Assembly (NCBI GenBank): GCA_965112155.1
Contig: OZ218098.1
DNA from: Podarcis liolepis
Lineage: Eukaryota
Length of the DNA stretch: 64,000 bases
Direction: 5' to 3' (one strand)
The translations under genes were made by a program, and so were the position numbers. Positions 1 through 14,472 of this stretch are shown piece by piece; positions within the stretch are counted from its first letter, which is position 1, and each line of letters opens with the position of its first letter. A model generated the notes under the pieces. The model made no database searches, had not been told where the DNA came from, and was given only the letters and a program-made list of their open reading frames with translations.

Positions 1-32
1 TCATTCTATATGATCTCCACTAGAAAGTAATA

Positions 33-357
33 CAGTGGTGCCCCGCAAGATGAATGCCTCGCAAGACGGAAAACTCGCTAGACGAAAGAGTTTTCTGTTT
101 TGGAGGTGCTTCGCAAAACGAATTTCCTATGGGCTTGCTTCGCAAGATGACAATGTTTTGCGAGTTCCTGCTGGTTTTTTCCCCTTCCCCCCCTTTTTCT
201 AAGCCGCTAAGCCGCTTATCAGCTGATCCGATCAGCAGATAAGCCACTAATAGCGCTAATCCGCTAATCCTTCAATGGGCTTGCTTCGCAAGACGAAAAA
301 ACCGCTAGACGAAGAGAATCACAGAACGGATTCTTTTCGTCTTGCGAGGCACCACTG
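33..357 (+). mobile_element. Non-autonomous Tc1/mariner (pogo/Tigger-like) MITE, copy 1
   Basis: TA|CAGTGGTGCCCCGCAAGA ... TCTTGCGAGGCACCACTG|TA; terminal inverted repeats (TIRs), TA target-site duplication (TSD), internal GCAAGACG/GCTAGACG repeats. Confidence 0.9.
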
Positions 358-818
358 TATCTTGATCTGCTGATGTTGCATGCATAGTTATGTTTCTGAT
401 GTAAGCTTGGACTTTGATATCTAGTACAGAGGCTGAGATCATGAGAAAGTTTAGTTTTCAAAAGCAGGTTTCTAGACCTCTTTTTGTGTAGGACATATTA
501 AATTGTGCAGTAGACAGTACCACGGGTAACAGCTCAAGTACCCAAAGGAATCTTGAATTGGATCAGGGCATTGGTATTTTGTGTTGCTCATGGTTCTCTT
601 CTGTCCAGCTTTCCATCATTCAACAGCTTGATATGGGTAACAGGCCTGACTGAAGCCCTTCATGCTTGGGAAATTAAGTCTAAAGCTCCTCAATCCATCT
701 TACTGCTTTTGTAAACCAACCTTAAATTTATCACTGTGGACAATGGCACTTGAGCCCTTCCCTTTCAGCTTTACATACTTTCTTCCTTATTGTCATTCTG
801 ATAAGAAATATTTGGGAT

Positions 819-1240
819 GGACTTCTGGCGCTGCCGTCATGGCGAACTGCAGATCCCACGATAGCAGACACCAGCGTTGCAGTTAATTAAGGATAATCTG
901 GCAGCAATTATCCTTGCAAGCCCCACCCCAGGGTCGGGGGCGGAGCTTTCACTCACGGATCATCCAATAACTGCCTCTCGCTCTGATGGATGGCGGGGCA
1001 GGGACACAGAGTGCATAGTACTGCATGTATTGGAAACCCCCCAATGCGGTCGCTATGAGCGGAGGTACTTCTGTTTCTTTTAAGATGGATCTGAATTTGG
1101 ACTTAAGAAACAGATGTGCTCTGGATGAAGGAGAAAGATAACCTGCTAAATGAATCAGCCACCGAGTGCCAATGTTTTGATCTGGAGAGGACTCTCATGT
1201 GCTCCCAAGCAGTATAAATTCTAGAACACAATGTGAGAAC
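819..1240 (+). mobile_element. Probable L1-like LINE 5' UTR fragment (CpG-richer segment); 3' boundary uncertain
   Basis: Starts GGACTTCTGGCG...GTCATGGCG, resembling the ACTTCCGG + YY1-type ATGGCG start of vertebrate L1 5' ends; higher CpG than the flanks. Confidence 0.45.
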
Positions 1241-4200
1241 GCTAAAATATCAGCTTTTACTTTATAAAGTGATTTTCAAGCTATCAGCAAATGGTGTTGG
1301 TTGTTCAAAACGCATCAGAAAATCAGAGGCACTGTGGACAGGGCTTCCAGTAATCAACCAAAGGGGCTCCTCTATTATCTGCACTTTTTCTCCCCATGGT
1401 CTTATCACTAGTCAGGAGCACTGCAAAATTTCTTAAACTTCAGGCAATTTTAAAAAATCAGTTGTTGTGGTTTCTAGTGCTTCAAATGCTGAAAGGATTT
1501 GTAAGGCCTAAACTTCCATTTTGCTGGCGCTTGCTGCCAATCAGAGACAGTCGTTGAAACTGCCCCTGATGTATCATGACCTTGGCTGGCAACTAAGAGG
1601 AGATGGGGAAGCAGAGGAATAGAAACATTTACACCCTTGTAACATATTGACAACTAACAGCCTTTTTTGTAACACTGGAGTAATATGATTAGTTTAATAC
1701 AATCACCTGTTGAAAATGTTTTCACATTTAAAACTATGTTAAAGTTTCCAGACTGTCTTCAGGGGCAGCTCCACATGGAAGACATTACAGTGGTCATAAG
1801 ACTCTTAGGGAAATCTATGGCACTTGTTTGTATCTGTAACTCATTCTGAACCTTTCCCTTTCTGATTTTAATTCTTATTCTTGCTTGGAAAACTATCTAT
1901 ATACCAATATATATTATCTGCCTTAAAATATTCCCTCAAAATTTCATTTTAAAGGAATTATTGCTTTAAAAGATGCAGAATGAGTCATGCTATTTCCATA
2001 GTGTGCTCCAACCATCTACAAACTTGTGCAGAGTAATCTAAAGCCCAAACAAAGTGTGCATGGATTTAGGAGTGAACTTTCAAACTGTTTCAAAAGAGAT
2101 GTTAACAGCTGTGGTTCATTAGAGTTTCTTTAGAGTTTCTTTAACGTTATTGGGAAGCCTTTCTCACTCCAATGCTTTACAGCAAGCCCATGGTGAAAAC
2201 ACATTTTATTTGTTCAGCTGAATACTTTAAAAGTCAATTGATTATTAACCTGTGAATTATTACAGCTATAGCTTTCCCTGGAAAGAGCTGGGTTTAAATA
2301 TATCACTGCCCTGTCATAAAGCGGCTGGATTTGGCTTCCTGTGGGATGAGTCATAATCAAAATCACTTAGTGAAATTGGAATTTATATTGATTTTGGCCT
2401 GTTGTTCGTTTCCAGTCCAGATCCAAATGGGTTTCCCTTTCGCTTTAGAGCATCTGAGACGATGAATGGTCTCAAATCCATTACCAAATTGCCCTTGCTC
2501 TTAGGATTAGAGGAAGAGTGGGCTGCTACCAACCAATACCTGGTGCTTACTCAACTCAACTTTTGCTGATACAGTAGAAAGTCTGGAGAGCTCTAGAATG
2601 CCTACATGTGGTTGCATTTTAACATAATGGTGCTTGGAGATATCTGAAATTGTTTTTTTCCCTTCCCTTTCTCATTAGGAAAGTTTTCTGTTTTCAACAG
2701 TACATGCCATTGGCTTGGATGTTAAGGCAATGAGTTGAAACTTGGAGTAATTGGATATAAAGGATGTGTAATGTGCATGGGGGCTGACTCTCTCTGTAGA
2801 ATACTTAATAAAATAGGTGGCTGATTTTTCACATTCTCTTATGCTAAGACAGAGAGAGATAATTAAGGGTGTGCCTTCTACCATTATCTACCATATCATC
2901 TAGTTGTTTGTTTCTCCAAACTGTCCTGCCCAGTAGTTTTCCACTTTCTTCAAATGGAAGACTTTGCTTAGGCTACCACCAAATATGTCTGTTCCCCCCC
3001 AACTCCCCACACAGCTACTTCTGACTACTCCCAGTTCTGACCCTTTATAGCATCTTTGACTGCTTAGTCTTTCAACTGCAAACCAGATCAAAAGTAGAGG
3101 TCTAAGAATACCATGGCGTGAAATATTACAGTACAGAACTGAGGCACTGAAGTGTCAAAAATTAGTGCTTCCTAGAATGTCAGATCAGGGAATAGAGATT
3201 CAGCCTGGTTCTGTCTCTGAGCCTGGATGCCCAGATTTCAGCAGTGGCAAATAGTGGTTTTGCATAGCTGAGACTGGTGCACCTTTGAAATTCCTGCCTA
3301 GTTTTCTCTAGGGGGTTAGTCAGCCATTAGGCAAATACCTCTTTTTTTTTTTTTAAGGCCTTTAACCTGTTGATGTTTTACTTCGGGTTTATTTCTCATC
3401 TGTACAAGTTTTTATGTGTTCTCGTTGGTTTTATCTTACTATTACCGGCTGTTCTTTAAAAATTTGTTTTATTGTATTTTTGTTATGATTGTTGTTAGCC
3501 ACCTTGGGTGCTATATGTAGAAAACTGAAATATAAACTGAAATGATGATGATATTGATAAAGTTTTTTTGTCTAAAATTATTTTCCACCATAAGTTCCAG
3601 GAAGGCATTCTTTTAATATGTAGCTATTTCAGTAGAAATGAGGACCAAACTATGTGTGATGTTTATCACATAGTTTGCCCAAGAGTGTAAACTTCTTCCT
3701 GCACAAAGTGCTATAATGGATGGCCAAATCCATATCAGGACCTTGGCATATCAGTTTCCTTTGCTGTCCACCATGGTGTCAGTCTGAATGACGGGTCCCA
3801 CATCTGCAATACCCATTTTTTGGGGGTATTCAATTTATCTCAGTCAGAATGTCCCCCCTATATAAATTGTTGGTGTGGGGGCAGGCAGGGCTTATACACA
3901 TCAAGATTGTGGTGAGGGAAGCAAAGAGTTAAAGGGTTTGATCAACTCCCACACTGGCAATTTATGAAAGCAAAAGCTTGAATTCAAGGGCAAAGTATGT
4001 CATAAGCATCATGTGTAGTTTGGCCCTTAGATCGGTGCAGAGAAAGTCAGAATTAAAACCAGTTATTGCAGCAAGAGCAATTACGATTCTTGAAAACTTG
4101 AGTCAAGTCAGGAGCTGACTTGACTCTGAGCATTCCACAGCATTATTCTGCTTTTTCATCAAAAAGAAAATTATTTAGTGCTTTTCTATGGGTCTTCAGG

Positions 4201-7200
4201 CTCCACTTAAATCCTGAGATATTTAATGTCTCCAAAAACTGATAAAATCTTCAATTTGGATGAAATGTCTGCCTAAAGGTTACTGCCTTTGTTAGTTTGT
4301 CTGTGCATTTAGAGATAATAGGCATATCGGTTACTTCATTGAAAGTGGTGATCAGAGAAGTGTCTGGGGAATGCATTAATCCATATACATAGTTTCTTGT
4401 TAAATGCATGTTAACACCATAGGAGCCTGTGCCAGCTAACCAGCATTTTGTGTAATGCATATTATTTATGCATATAAATGCTGATTTCCAGCCACATCCT
4501 AAGATCCAAATTTATGAGGTTAATGCTAAAAGGGCTTTTGAAGTCATTGCTTTGTTACCTATTATTTGTGGTGTATTTAAGGATAACAAATCAGTTTTGG
4601 TTTCTCTCAGGTTCTTATTTTTCCAATCGTAAGTTCAGCTAGCATTTTCTTTAAAAGTCTGAATGCAAATTGATAACATTTCTGTGCATTTTTCTCCTAA
4701 TATAAACATTTTTGTTTATATTGGTGCTTCACTGTATTATTAATGCTTATTATTATATGTATACCACTTATATCCCAAAATGGCTTCTATTAAATTAATA
4801 CATAATTAAAATACACAATAACATTAAATCATCCTTAAAGTATACAATAAAACAATCAATTAAAAAGCATAACACACAATTAAAACACTTAAAAACAGTT
4901 TAAACTACAGGTCTGTTTTCAGAAGGCAGCAGAATGCCAACACTGATGGGGCTTCTCATATTTCAGCAGGGAGGGTAAACAGGCAGGCAAATCAGACACA
5001 CTCCATCCAGATCACCCTTTTCGATCTCAGTGATACAAGCTAGTTTGGTTCCCTCATCCATTGATGGGTAAGGTCTTATTACTTACTGACCTGTTGTTGC
5101 ATAACAGCAACATCAGACTATAGAGCCTGGAGGATGCTGTTAGCCTGCATAAAGCTATATCCAGGTGCAAGTGCATGGCTTTTTATTAAGGAGTACCCAG
5201 TGTCATTTGTTAGAAGGCAGTATGTAAATACTGTAAATGAATGAATAAAGTACCCAGGGTGGAGGAGTTACACAGCTCATTTTCTAGGTACTCTGTCCAG
5301 TGGAGGACAAGCACCTCACTTCACCTTAACAAAGGAAAGGTACACTGCGGCACTTGTACTTAGAAGCACTGAGCCCAAATTTTCAAACTCTGGATGATGG
5401 AATGGAAATGTCTCCAACACTTATATCATATTTAAAGGTTAAATCTGCTAAACCTGGCCTCCTTAGTTGTACCAACATTTGTAACCTTGAGGGAAGATTC
5501 AGCCCCCTCCTCAGCAGATAGATGAGAGAGATGTGGGTTGATGTGCCTCATTTCCTTGGCCAGCCCTAATGCTGGAATGTCTTTGCACAATTGTCTCTAT
5601 TCTTACTGTGTTTATGGCAATTAAGCTAATGCCTGGATTTTCATGGGAGATTCCCAGAGAGAATGGGAAAAGGTACTAGATGGATACACAAAGCTATAGG
5701 AAAGAGGTTAATCCCTATTCCTTCGTTTTTCAGCAAACCCTTTAGGAGATTACTGTAACATTTCCTAATTGTAGTAGCTTAAATGCTCTACCCTATGATG
5801 ATGATGATCAGCACAATCACTATTATCCCTGAATCCTCCAGACAAATTTCATTTACGAAGAGCTTTGCAAAGGAGGACATGTATTAAGTTTCCAAGATGA
5901 TGTAAAGAGTAATTAATGTCTCTAGAAAATGTGGATGAGTAACTGCAAATTCCTTTATCCTATTTGCTTAAAGGCTCATCAGAACATAAAGGAGTTGCTG
6001 TAGTGTAGCAGAACAAATTTCTCATTCTGGCCACTAGTGGCATTTGTCCCACAACTAACAGCGCAATCCTATGCGTGGGAGAAGTTAACCCTGCTGACTT
6101 CAGTGGGACTACATGTATGTAGTGTCACGGTCTGAGTCATATGAAACCATTCTTGGCTTCAGTTTTCATCCCCTGGAGGTGGTTCTCTTACTGTTGTTGA
6201 CATCCATCTGTCTTGGGAGGAGTGTACCTTTGAGGGTGAAGTCAAACTGTTGGAAGCTTGCAGTGCCTGCTGTGGCTGTAGAAATTGATGCAGGAGAGAC
6301 CTGTTTTGTTGCAGCTGGGGCAGATGAAGGCATCTGGTTTTGCTGTTGCAGATGCACCATGATGTTTCTCTTACTAGGCTGGGTGAAATAATGGCACGTT
6401 TGTGTTAAGGTAGCCATACAGCCAAAGTATCATTTGACATACATCTCAAAATCCATCATTTGTAATATATAAGGCCTATTGTCTATGAATGCATTGGCCC
6501 AAAGCAGTTTGCAGTATGAAGAAAGTCAAATTGTCACAGTAGATCATCGTCTGTTTCAGTTTGCTCTCATGAAATGACGCCTCATTTCTTCTCAGGCTAT
6601 GTAAAATGTACAATTCCTGAGGCAAGTGCAAATTTATCTAGCAAGTGAAAAATGATAGTGTATGGACTCCCCACAGTTTTGTTGCATCAAGCTTACATCC
6701 CAATTGTATAGGGCAAGTATCAATATGTGGTAGATCAAGGCTAATCCAAGTGTTATGTATTCTACATTTAAACAATGGAATGTATATAAGGAAGGGGGAG
6801 GAATGTTGCAGTCATCTTATGTACTGTATCTAAATATCATTGGCTTGAGAACTGCACCAACTATTTCAAGAGTGGGAAGTTGAAGTGTCATTTTTATGTA
6901 TTATGCACACATGCAATGGCAACTTGATATTTTGTCAACATGTCAACAAAATGAAGAATGACCCACAACACAACACCAGTCCATGTTGCTAAGGTCACCA
7001 ACCAATTTTGCTGTTGCATGCAACATTTAGATGCCTTTCTTGTTGCTAGAACAGGCAGGTTTAAAATTAAAATTAAATGGGCTGCTGTGCTGATCGCTAG
7101 TCTACATTTTAGGGGTCAGCTATACACTGTGCACAATTGTGTGTACTGCAGCTCTGAAGTTGTTTTCTTTCTTTAAAAAAAAACCAAAAAAAACAGTTGG

Positions 7201-7407
7201 TGTACATTTTGAACAAAGAATTGGGTGTAGTGCTTCATCACTGTTACAAGACTCAAATACTTCCCCAATGGCTTTATAAAAAGTATGTGATTTGGATAAT
7301 AGTAGGTGCTCAAAACTACCTTTTCAGAATGTGTTTTTAAAGTATGATTATTATTAGCATTAGCATTAGCATTAGTGTTGGGGCTGCATCGCACAAAGTT
7401 GCAGTGA

Positions 7408-7587
7408 GGGACTATCACTCAATAGTGGACCTCATGTTTTGCATGCAGAGAGTTCCAGGTTTGGTATCTGTCATTTGCAGGCAGTACTTGGAAAGTCTCC
7501 TCTTGGAGACCCTGGAAATCTGCTGCCACTCACTGTAGACAATACTAAGCTACATAGACCAATGGTCTGAGGCAGCTTCCTACATTT
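7408..7587 (+). mobile_element. Degenerate Squam3-like tRNA-derived SINE
   Basis: tttgcatgcagagagttccaggtt head; accctgga..gctgcca..tgtagacaatact..gaccaatggtctga..ggcagcttccta body recalled for squamate Squam3. Confidence 0.6.
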
Positions 7588-10386
7588 ATGCATGCCAGGT
7601 GATTTATTTCTTGGGGGGGGGAATTAATCATGACAATATTCTTTTTGGCAACTGGCCAGAATGTGCGTGTGTGTGTGTGCGCGCGCACACGCATGTGCTG
7701 ATGGTGGCTTCTCATTTTGCTTTGTTGCTCTTTAAGATACGTTTTCCATAAATTTGGTATGATCCTGTCAGTGTGAAACAGTTTCAACAGAAAAGGGAGT
7801 GGGATTGCTTGCCCACATATGACAGAAAATAGGAGTGTATGTTCCTCTTTTGTTTTAACTCCCCAAAGTTAAGAGTTTCCTTAAATCACATTCTGGTAAC
7901 TGAAACTAATGTTCCTTTTGGGAGGGTACCAGACCATCATTAGGAGAAGCCACATTATGCTCTTTCAGTTACGTATTTTTAACTAAAATCTCTCCTGATT
8001 GTACTTACTCAAATCACTGCTGAACTCACTTCCTTTTTTTTTAACCCTCACCTTGCATTGGTGGGTCTCTCTACACAGTATGTTTCCCCAATAGTTAATT
8101 CAATTCTACAGTCCTCATTAAATGTTTATTCTAGACTCTCACTAATCCAGACCATCTGCTTGTAGGGATCAGTTTAAGGGCTATGTAAAAAGACATTTTT
8201 AAAAAAGGTTATCAGTGTAAACAAATCAATTAATACTGTAGGCAGATGATCTGGCACTGGTGGCCTTTATTCCGTAAGCCGTGGGTTATAAACTTATCCC
8301 AGACTGCATTTAGTGACTTCAGATTGATTCTCAGAGCTGGCCCTGATTTTGGTGACTGAAGGTGATCTGGGATAATTTATATTGTAATCCTGTTCACTGT
8401 GTTATTTACACTTCTTGTCTGTTTAAGTCAGTAACAAGCCAGACAGTTAGAAGCTGGTGATGCAGAAAAGATATTGATCACCAAGTAGCTGGCAATTAGA
8501 CACAGAGTTTCATATTCTTGGTATTGATTAGTTGTGCTTAATCGTAGGCTCACATAGTAACAAAACTGCAATAGCAGTGCTGGTGGTGAGATAGAGAGAA
8601 GCTACATTAATGCCCCCCACCAAAAAAAAAAAAAAAAACAACAACAAAGAAAACCCCAACCTAATGGAGTTACTGTGGAACTCAGAAGCTGTTTGAAATG
8701 CTTATAAAACTTTTTAGCTAACTTGAATCATTTCATACTCCATGTATTCCTCAACAATTTGGAATCAGTTGTTCTCTGGTGTTATATCTCTCCCCAACCT
8801 TTCATTTTTTAAGAAAACATACCCCACCCCCAATTCCATTCCATCCTGTATGTACAAAGCAAACCCACTACAAAGTGCTGCACAGGTCAGTTGGACCTCA
8901 AAAACAGATTCTGTCCTTAGGGTTAAATTCTATCCCAAGCTGGATTTATCTTTACATAGAAGTTTTAAACGATTTCATAATGCAAATTTTCAAGAGTTGT
9001 TTCTAATTTATCATAGATATTTTTGAGGTGGTGGAAATTTCTTGAGGTATCTTTTTGTAGGGGTAAATTAGATGTTAGCTATTGGGATACATTGGACCCC
9101 TTCCATTATTTACTTTGAGTTCAGTAACTCACCTTGCATTTTGGTGGTTTTCAGATTTGTTTTCTCCTTGTTTTTTCTGTGAGCCTAGTTTTTCACCTAT
9201 GCATCTCTCTTATTTTTTTTACAGGGCTTTCTTTACAGAGGAATTTAAGTTAATATTGTGAGGCCTAGTGTACCCCAATAGCTTTTGGGGGTTTTTGTTG
9301 TTGCTTTATGTGGAATGTGATACCAATTAAATCAAATTTGGCATTAAACTGGATGGCGGGGTAGGGGTGGTGATGGATTTCTTGAAGATCCCACTTGCAG
9401 AATCTGCAGTCAGCGCCTCAATGCAAACAGGTGTAATTGAAACATATGGACTAGTTACTTCTTTTCGTTTCTAATGACAACTGATTTCTTTAAGGATGGT
9501 AAATTTTGGTGATGAGAGAAATATATGATGTCCTGGGGGGGTAGTTTCATGAGTCTCAGCTGGAAAGGGGATTGCAGTAGGGCTGCTAGTGAGAATATTG
9601 AACAGAAGCCACTGGATTTCATGTAGCTAATAAACACTTTTGATCATGAAATAAAGATAGGCTGTTTCTATTTGTGAAATGGATGAATCTGTTTCTATAT
9701 AGACAAAAGAAAAAAGAAAAAGAAACTCAGCATTTTGCAGCACTGTTTCCAACTATTGTAATAACTGTTCTAGCAAGTTACTGGGAAAATATATCTAGAA
9801 GTGTAAATATTCAGCATGGGAACTTGCGTTCAGAATTAAGTTGCATTCTTACCCATTAAGCAATGGATGACATCTGGCAAGTGAGCCACGTGTGGTGCCT
9901 GAAGCTATTATGTGACCCACGGGCTCTTATTAAAAGCTGAAGAATCTCATTTTCAATTAAAATCATAAAGTAAGTTTCTAGGCCTCAGAGGTACAAAGAT
10001 GTACATTTAAGATGTAGTGCCAAAATGCTAAACAGCTGGCATCAAAGAAGCAAATAAAAGATACCAGTTTATTGATTTTCAATTCTCATGGTTCCTTCAT
10101 CCATATAGTACCATTTTCTAAAAGCCAAATAGGACCTTACATATTTTAAAGTAACAGTTTAAGACTTTATGAATAGCAGAGAAAGTAGAGCAGGAAAATG
10201 TCTTTAAAATATTAAAATAGTATGCCAAAACCAACTCAGGGCAGGTACTTTTGGTGAGATTTGGCCCATCTCAGGGGAGAAAAATTGTTTGTAGGTAAAC
10301 TGTATATGCTACATATGCACAAATATTGAGTTTCCATAAGCAAAAATAATATTTTTAGTGAAAGAATACATGAATGTTCTTGTCTA

Positions 10387-10388
<2 letters not shown>

Positions 10389-10428
<40 letters not shown>
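10389..10428. repeat. (GT)20 microsatellite
   Basis: Direct reading. Confidence 0.98.
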
Positions 10429-10431
<3 letters not shown>

Positions 10432-10643
10432 TAGTGCACCACAGGAGCTACTGTAAATACATGCTTGTCAATAAATGGCTTGTGGCCGTTGTCCTCGTTG
10501 GACTGGGTGTGCTTAGGACTCCAATCTTCTGATTTGGTTTCAGACTGTCTTTCAACTCAAGTAACTTAGAACATGCTGTGTGAAGCATAATGGTGAAGAA
10601 GAACACATCTGAGGTACAGAGCCCTTTGGCTTAACTATGCTAA

Positions 10644-10853
<210 letters not shown>

Positions 10854-13173
10854 TGAGGCCACCTCCTTGGGCAGAAATTTCATGGTGATGAAAGTGCAAG
10901 GGACCAAAAACAAGATGCTATTTAACAGTGGGAGGAGACTACAATTGTAACAGATCATTTACTATCAATAGCTAAGCTTTCCTGTTACTTGACAAAAATC
11001 ACAATACATGAAGAAGCTGCTCATTTCCCATGCCACCTTTGTAATTCCTTGCAAATGGTTCAGCAAAAATATAAACTAACCCCCCCCCAAAGGCAAATAC
11101 TCATGGAAGTGAACTTAAAGATTGGAGCATTGGATTTATTTTAAGCCTTTACAAAACTTGAATAGCACCTCTATCTACCTCTGCATTGGGCGTTTATAGG
11201 TTTTGATAGGCAATACTACTGATAGAAACCTCTTATCCTCTTACAGGGTTGTTTTGTTGGTTGAAGAGGAATTAGGTTAAGGGCGCATTTATGCACATAC
11301 CCAGGCCTGTCAAAGCATCAGTCTGATTTGTTGCAACAGAACAAAAGTTCAGAGGTTAAATAGGCACTGACTGGAATGAATATGTGAGGGCCAAAGAAGT
11401 ATGCAGTGAGCATAAATTGTGTCATTATTTAGTTCAGCAACACTGAAGGTCCACAGGTTCCTCACCCTTGGCTTGAAGACTGGGACAGATAGTCAAAAGC
11501 AGGAGAGCAGTATGTACCCTGCTGTATTAGTCACTTGGAAACATTTTCCATTTATTTATTATGTTTATATCCTGCCTTTCTTTTAAGGAATTCAAGGCAG
11601 CATACATAGTTCTCCATGCTCCTCCATTTATCCTCATAGTAACCCTGTAATGTAGGCAAGGCCAAGAGATAGCTATTTCTGTGCATTAGGTAACCCTTGT
11701 TACTTAGAGGTTTGTAGTTTTCCACTCCAGTATTTGCTTATGGATGGAGTCAGAGGTACTAGAAGTGACTGTTCACTTTAGTGGTTGTAATAACATGGCA
11801 CCATGGTGGTGGTGGTGGTTCTTTTTTTAATTCCCATCTGCAAAATGCAATGTCAAGTTAAAGCCTTCATGGGCTAGAATAGTCATCCAGGGTGGGTTTT
11901 TTAAAGTCTGTTTTTTCTCACATTAGTAGCAGTCACATATGCACACAAATAGCTCAACAGGGGTGGGTCCAAAGCGACTTTTACTGTCATATGTGAAAAT
12001 ACCGTAAATTAAAAACAAACAAACCAGGAAATTGTATTTTCCCCCTCTTCTGATTCATCTGAAATAAAGTAGCATTGTCTTGGTATATGACCATTGTTGA
12101 TGTTCTTGGAACTTCCCATAGCAGGAATAAATAAGTCACTTTTCTGTAGAGGTATTAATCATCTCTTAATGAGCATCTGACAAGACTTTACATTATCCTG
12201 CCATATTGGCAAACCCCAAAGGGAAGGGAAGCCTTTTATCATCCAGTGGAGGAGGTTACCATTCAGCTGCATCTTGGCAGCCTTAACCAGGCACCTCTGT
12301 GGAGCAGAATACACATTTCCTGTTAGCACAGCTTTCCACACTTCAGAGATGCTTGTACTTGGTATTAACTAAGAGGCCCACAGTGAGACATAGGTTCTCA
12401 CGCTGCCAATGGGAGAAAAGAATTTTGTTCAGATATGGGAATACCAGATTAAATATTGATGGTCCTTAAAATCTCAGCATGTAACTAGTATCCAGAAAAG
12501 CATACAGTGAGGCAGGGAAGGTCTAACTGTTGATGGGGTTTCCATTGCAAATTCTTTGGCATCCTTTTTAAAAACAAGCATTCTCATTATCATCTGGGCA
12601 GCCACCCCCAACTAATGGTATCTGGGAATTTTCAGAATGTGTATGTATATATGGGGTGGGGGGTTACTGCTTTTTATGCACTATGCAATTCAACATGGTG
12701 TTAGAAGAAACTTTTGAACTAATTTTCAAGTTTAGGAGTTTAAAAGGCTTGATTTATTGCAGTGAACAAAACCTGTATTGTGGCCATACTTCCTAAATTA
12801 TCTTTCTTAAAATGGTCCTAATAGTGTTGTACGTTCCAGGGTTGTGAGGAGGGAAAATAACAAAGATTTTAAAGCAGTGATTGCGATAGAAGTGTAGTGG
12901 AAATTATTAATAATGCCGGTGTTACCTTTGTTTAAAAGCTGCCTTGAATATTTCATAGAAGAACGGGGTATAAATATTGATAATAAATCTGGAATAAAAA
13001 TAAATATGCCTGTATGAATCTGCAAAATGTTTAGTGATGAGAATCTGTTGGTTGTGGAAAACACTAAAAATGTTTCATTCTCTCGCATTTTCATTCTCAC
13101 GCTTCACTTCACCTCTTTTTACCATATGTCTGGCACATCTGTACAAATCTCTCTTTCCTCCCCTCATACACAG

Positions 13174-13392
13174 TCCCTCTTTCATGCCACTTCCTTGCAG
13201 AAGACGCACCAGAGTGCCCTCCAGGTGCAGCAGAAGGCGGAGGTATTGCTGCAGGCTGGGCACTACGATGCTGATGCCATAAGGGAATGCGCAGAAAAGG
13301 TGGCACTGCACTGGCAGCAACTAATGTTGAAGATGGAAGACAGGCTGAAGCTGGTTAATGCATCTGTCGCTTTTTATAAAACCTCAGAGCAG
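13174..13392 (+). CDS. KALRN: KALRN exon, spectrin repeat (SLFHATSLQ-KTHQSALQ...FYKTSEQ); alternative acceptor gives a start at 13201
   Basis: Two in-frame acceptors, cacag|TCC (13174) and ttgcag|AAG (13201); donor CAG|gtgagc; 219 or 192 nt. Confidence 0.95.
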
Positions 13393-14322
13393 GTGAGCCG
13401 AATGATGTGCAGTGATACTTGTAACTATTTTAAAAATCCCATAGTATTCATTGTCATAACATTTTATTTAGGGCAGCTGTGAATTCAAATCTCTGAGCTA
13501 GCCACATCTTTATATTGCCCACATATTCATTGATGCTGTCTGAATCTTACATAGTCCTAGATTGAGATTCATTAACTACAAATCCCAAGATTTGGGATCT
13601 CCTCCAAACCTCCAAAGTTTTGAGCCAAAACAAATTTTAATCTTTTGGCTCGGCCTTCTCCACAATGGATGCATATTGTTGCTCAATGTACTATATGAAA
13701 GTGCATTGACAGTGAGTGTGGTCAACATCAATTCAGACTGTATTACCGATACATGAATTTTTGTATGAATAACTTAACTACCTGCAACCCAGGATTTTCC
13801 TGCATGGTTTGAGCACAATAACCTAAACAATTAAAATACATCTCAAGCCCTTTCCAAGGCATCAGTCCTAAATTCGATGCCCTTGACTCACAAATAAGAG
13901 AACTGGCTAGCTCAGCACCATAGCTGACAAATGCTGACTTGTTGCCCCATTGTCAGCTGGGCAGACAAAGAGACCATTTCATAAGACCAGGTGAGTCTCA
14001 AACCTACAAATCAGTATATTATTTTTCTTCTGTAGTTTTAGCACAACTTGGAATCCTAAAGTTCTGCATCATTAAAAATCCACATTAGGAAATAGGCTTC
14101 ATCAGCCACAGGGCCAAATTAGGTTGGAATTTTCTCTTTAAAAGGTCAATTAATATTTCCCAAACTAATATGTTCTGAGTTAGGAAGCCCATATAACATT
14201 TGTCTGTGAATCTCTCCTTTTCTTGTCTTTTGTTAGCTTTCTAGGTTAATGGACTTGTAGTAGTTTCTCTGTGTTTCTGGATGTAGCTTTTATAGCTGAA
14301 GTACTGTGTCCTTATGCCTCAG

Positions 14323-14472
14323 GTTTGCAGTGTGCTAGAGAGTTTGGAACAGGAATATCGAAGAGATGAAGACTGGTGTGGAGGTCGGGATAAGCTTGGA
14401 CCAGCATCTGAAATAGACCATGTCATCCCCTTAATCAGCAAACATCTGGAACAAAAAGAAGCCTTTCTCAAG
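14323..14472 (+). CDS. KALRN: KALRN exon (VCSVLESLEQEY...EQKEAFLK)
   Basis: ctcag|GTT ... AAG|gtctgt; 150 nt. Confidence 0.95.

Noticed and set aside
33-357. CRISPR-like spaced repeats (GCAAGACG units)
   Set aside because: Short irregular subterminal repeats of a eukaryotic MITE; no constant repeat/spacer structure.
7661-7696. Alternating purine-pyrimidine (TG/CG) Z-DNA-like tract
   Set aside because: Short decayed microsatellite; no evidence of function.
13027-13482. 151-aa ORF as a stand-alone gene
   Set aside because: It is a KALRN exon plus intronic read-through on both sides.
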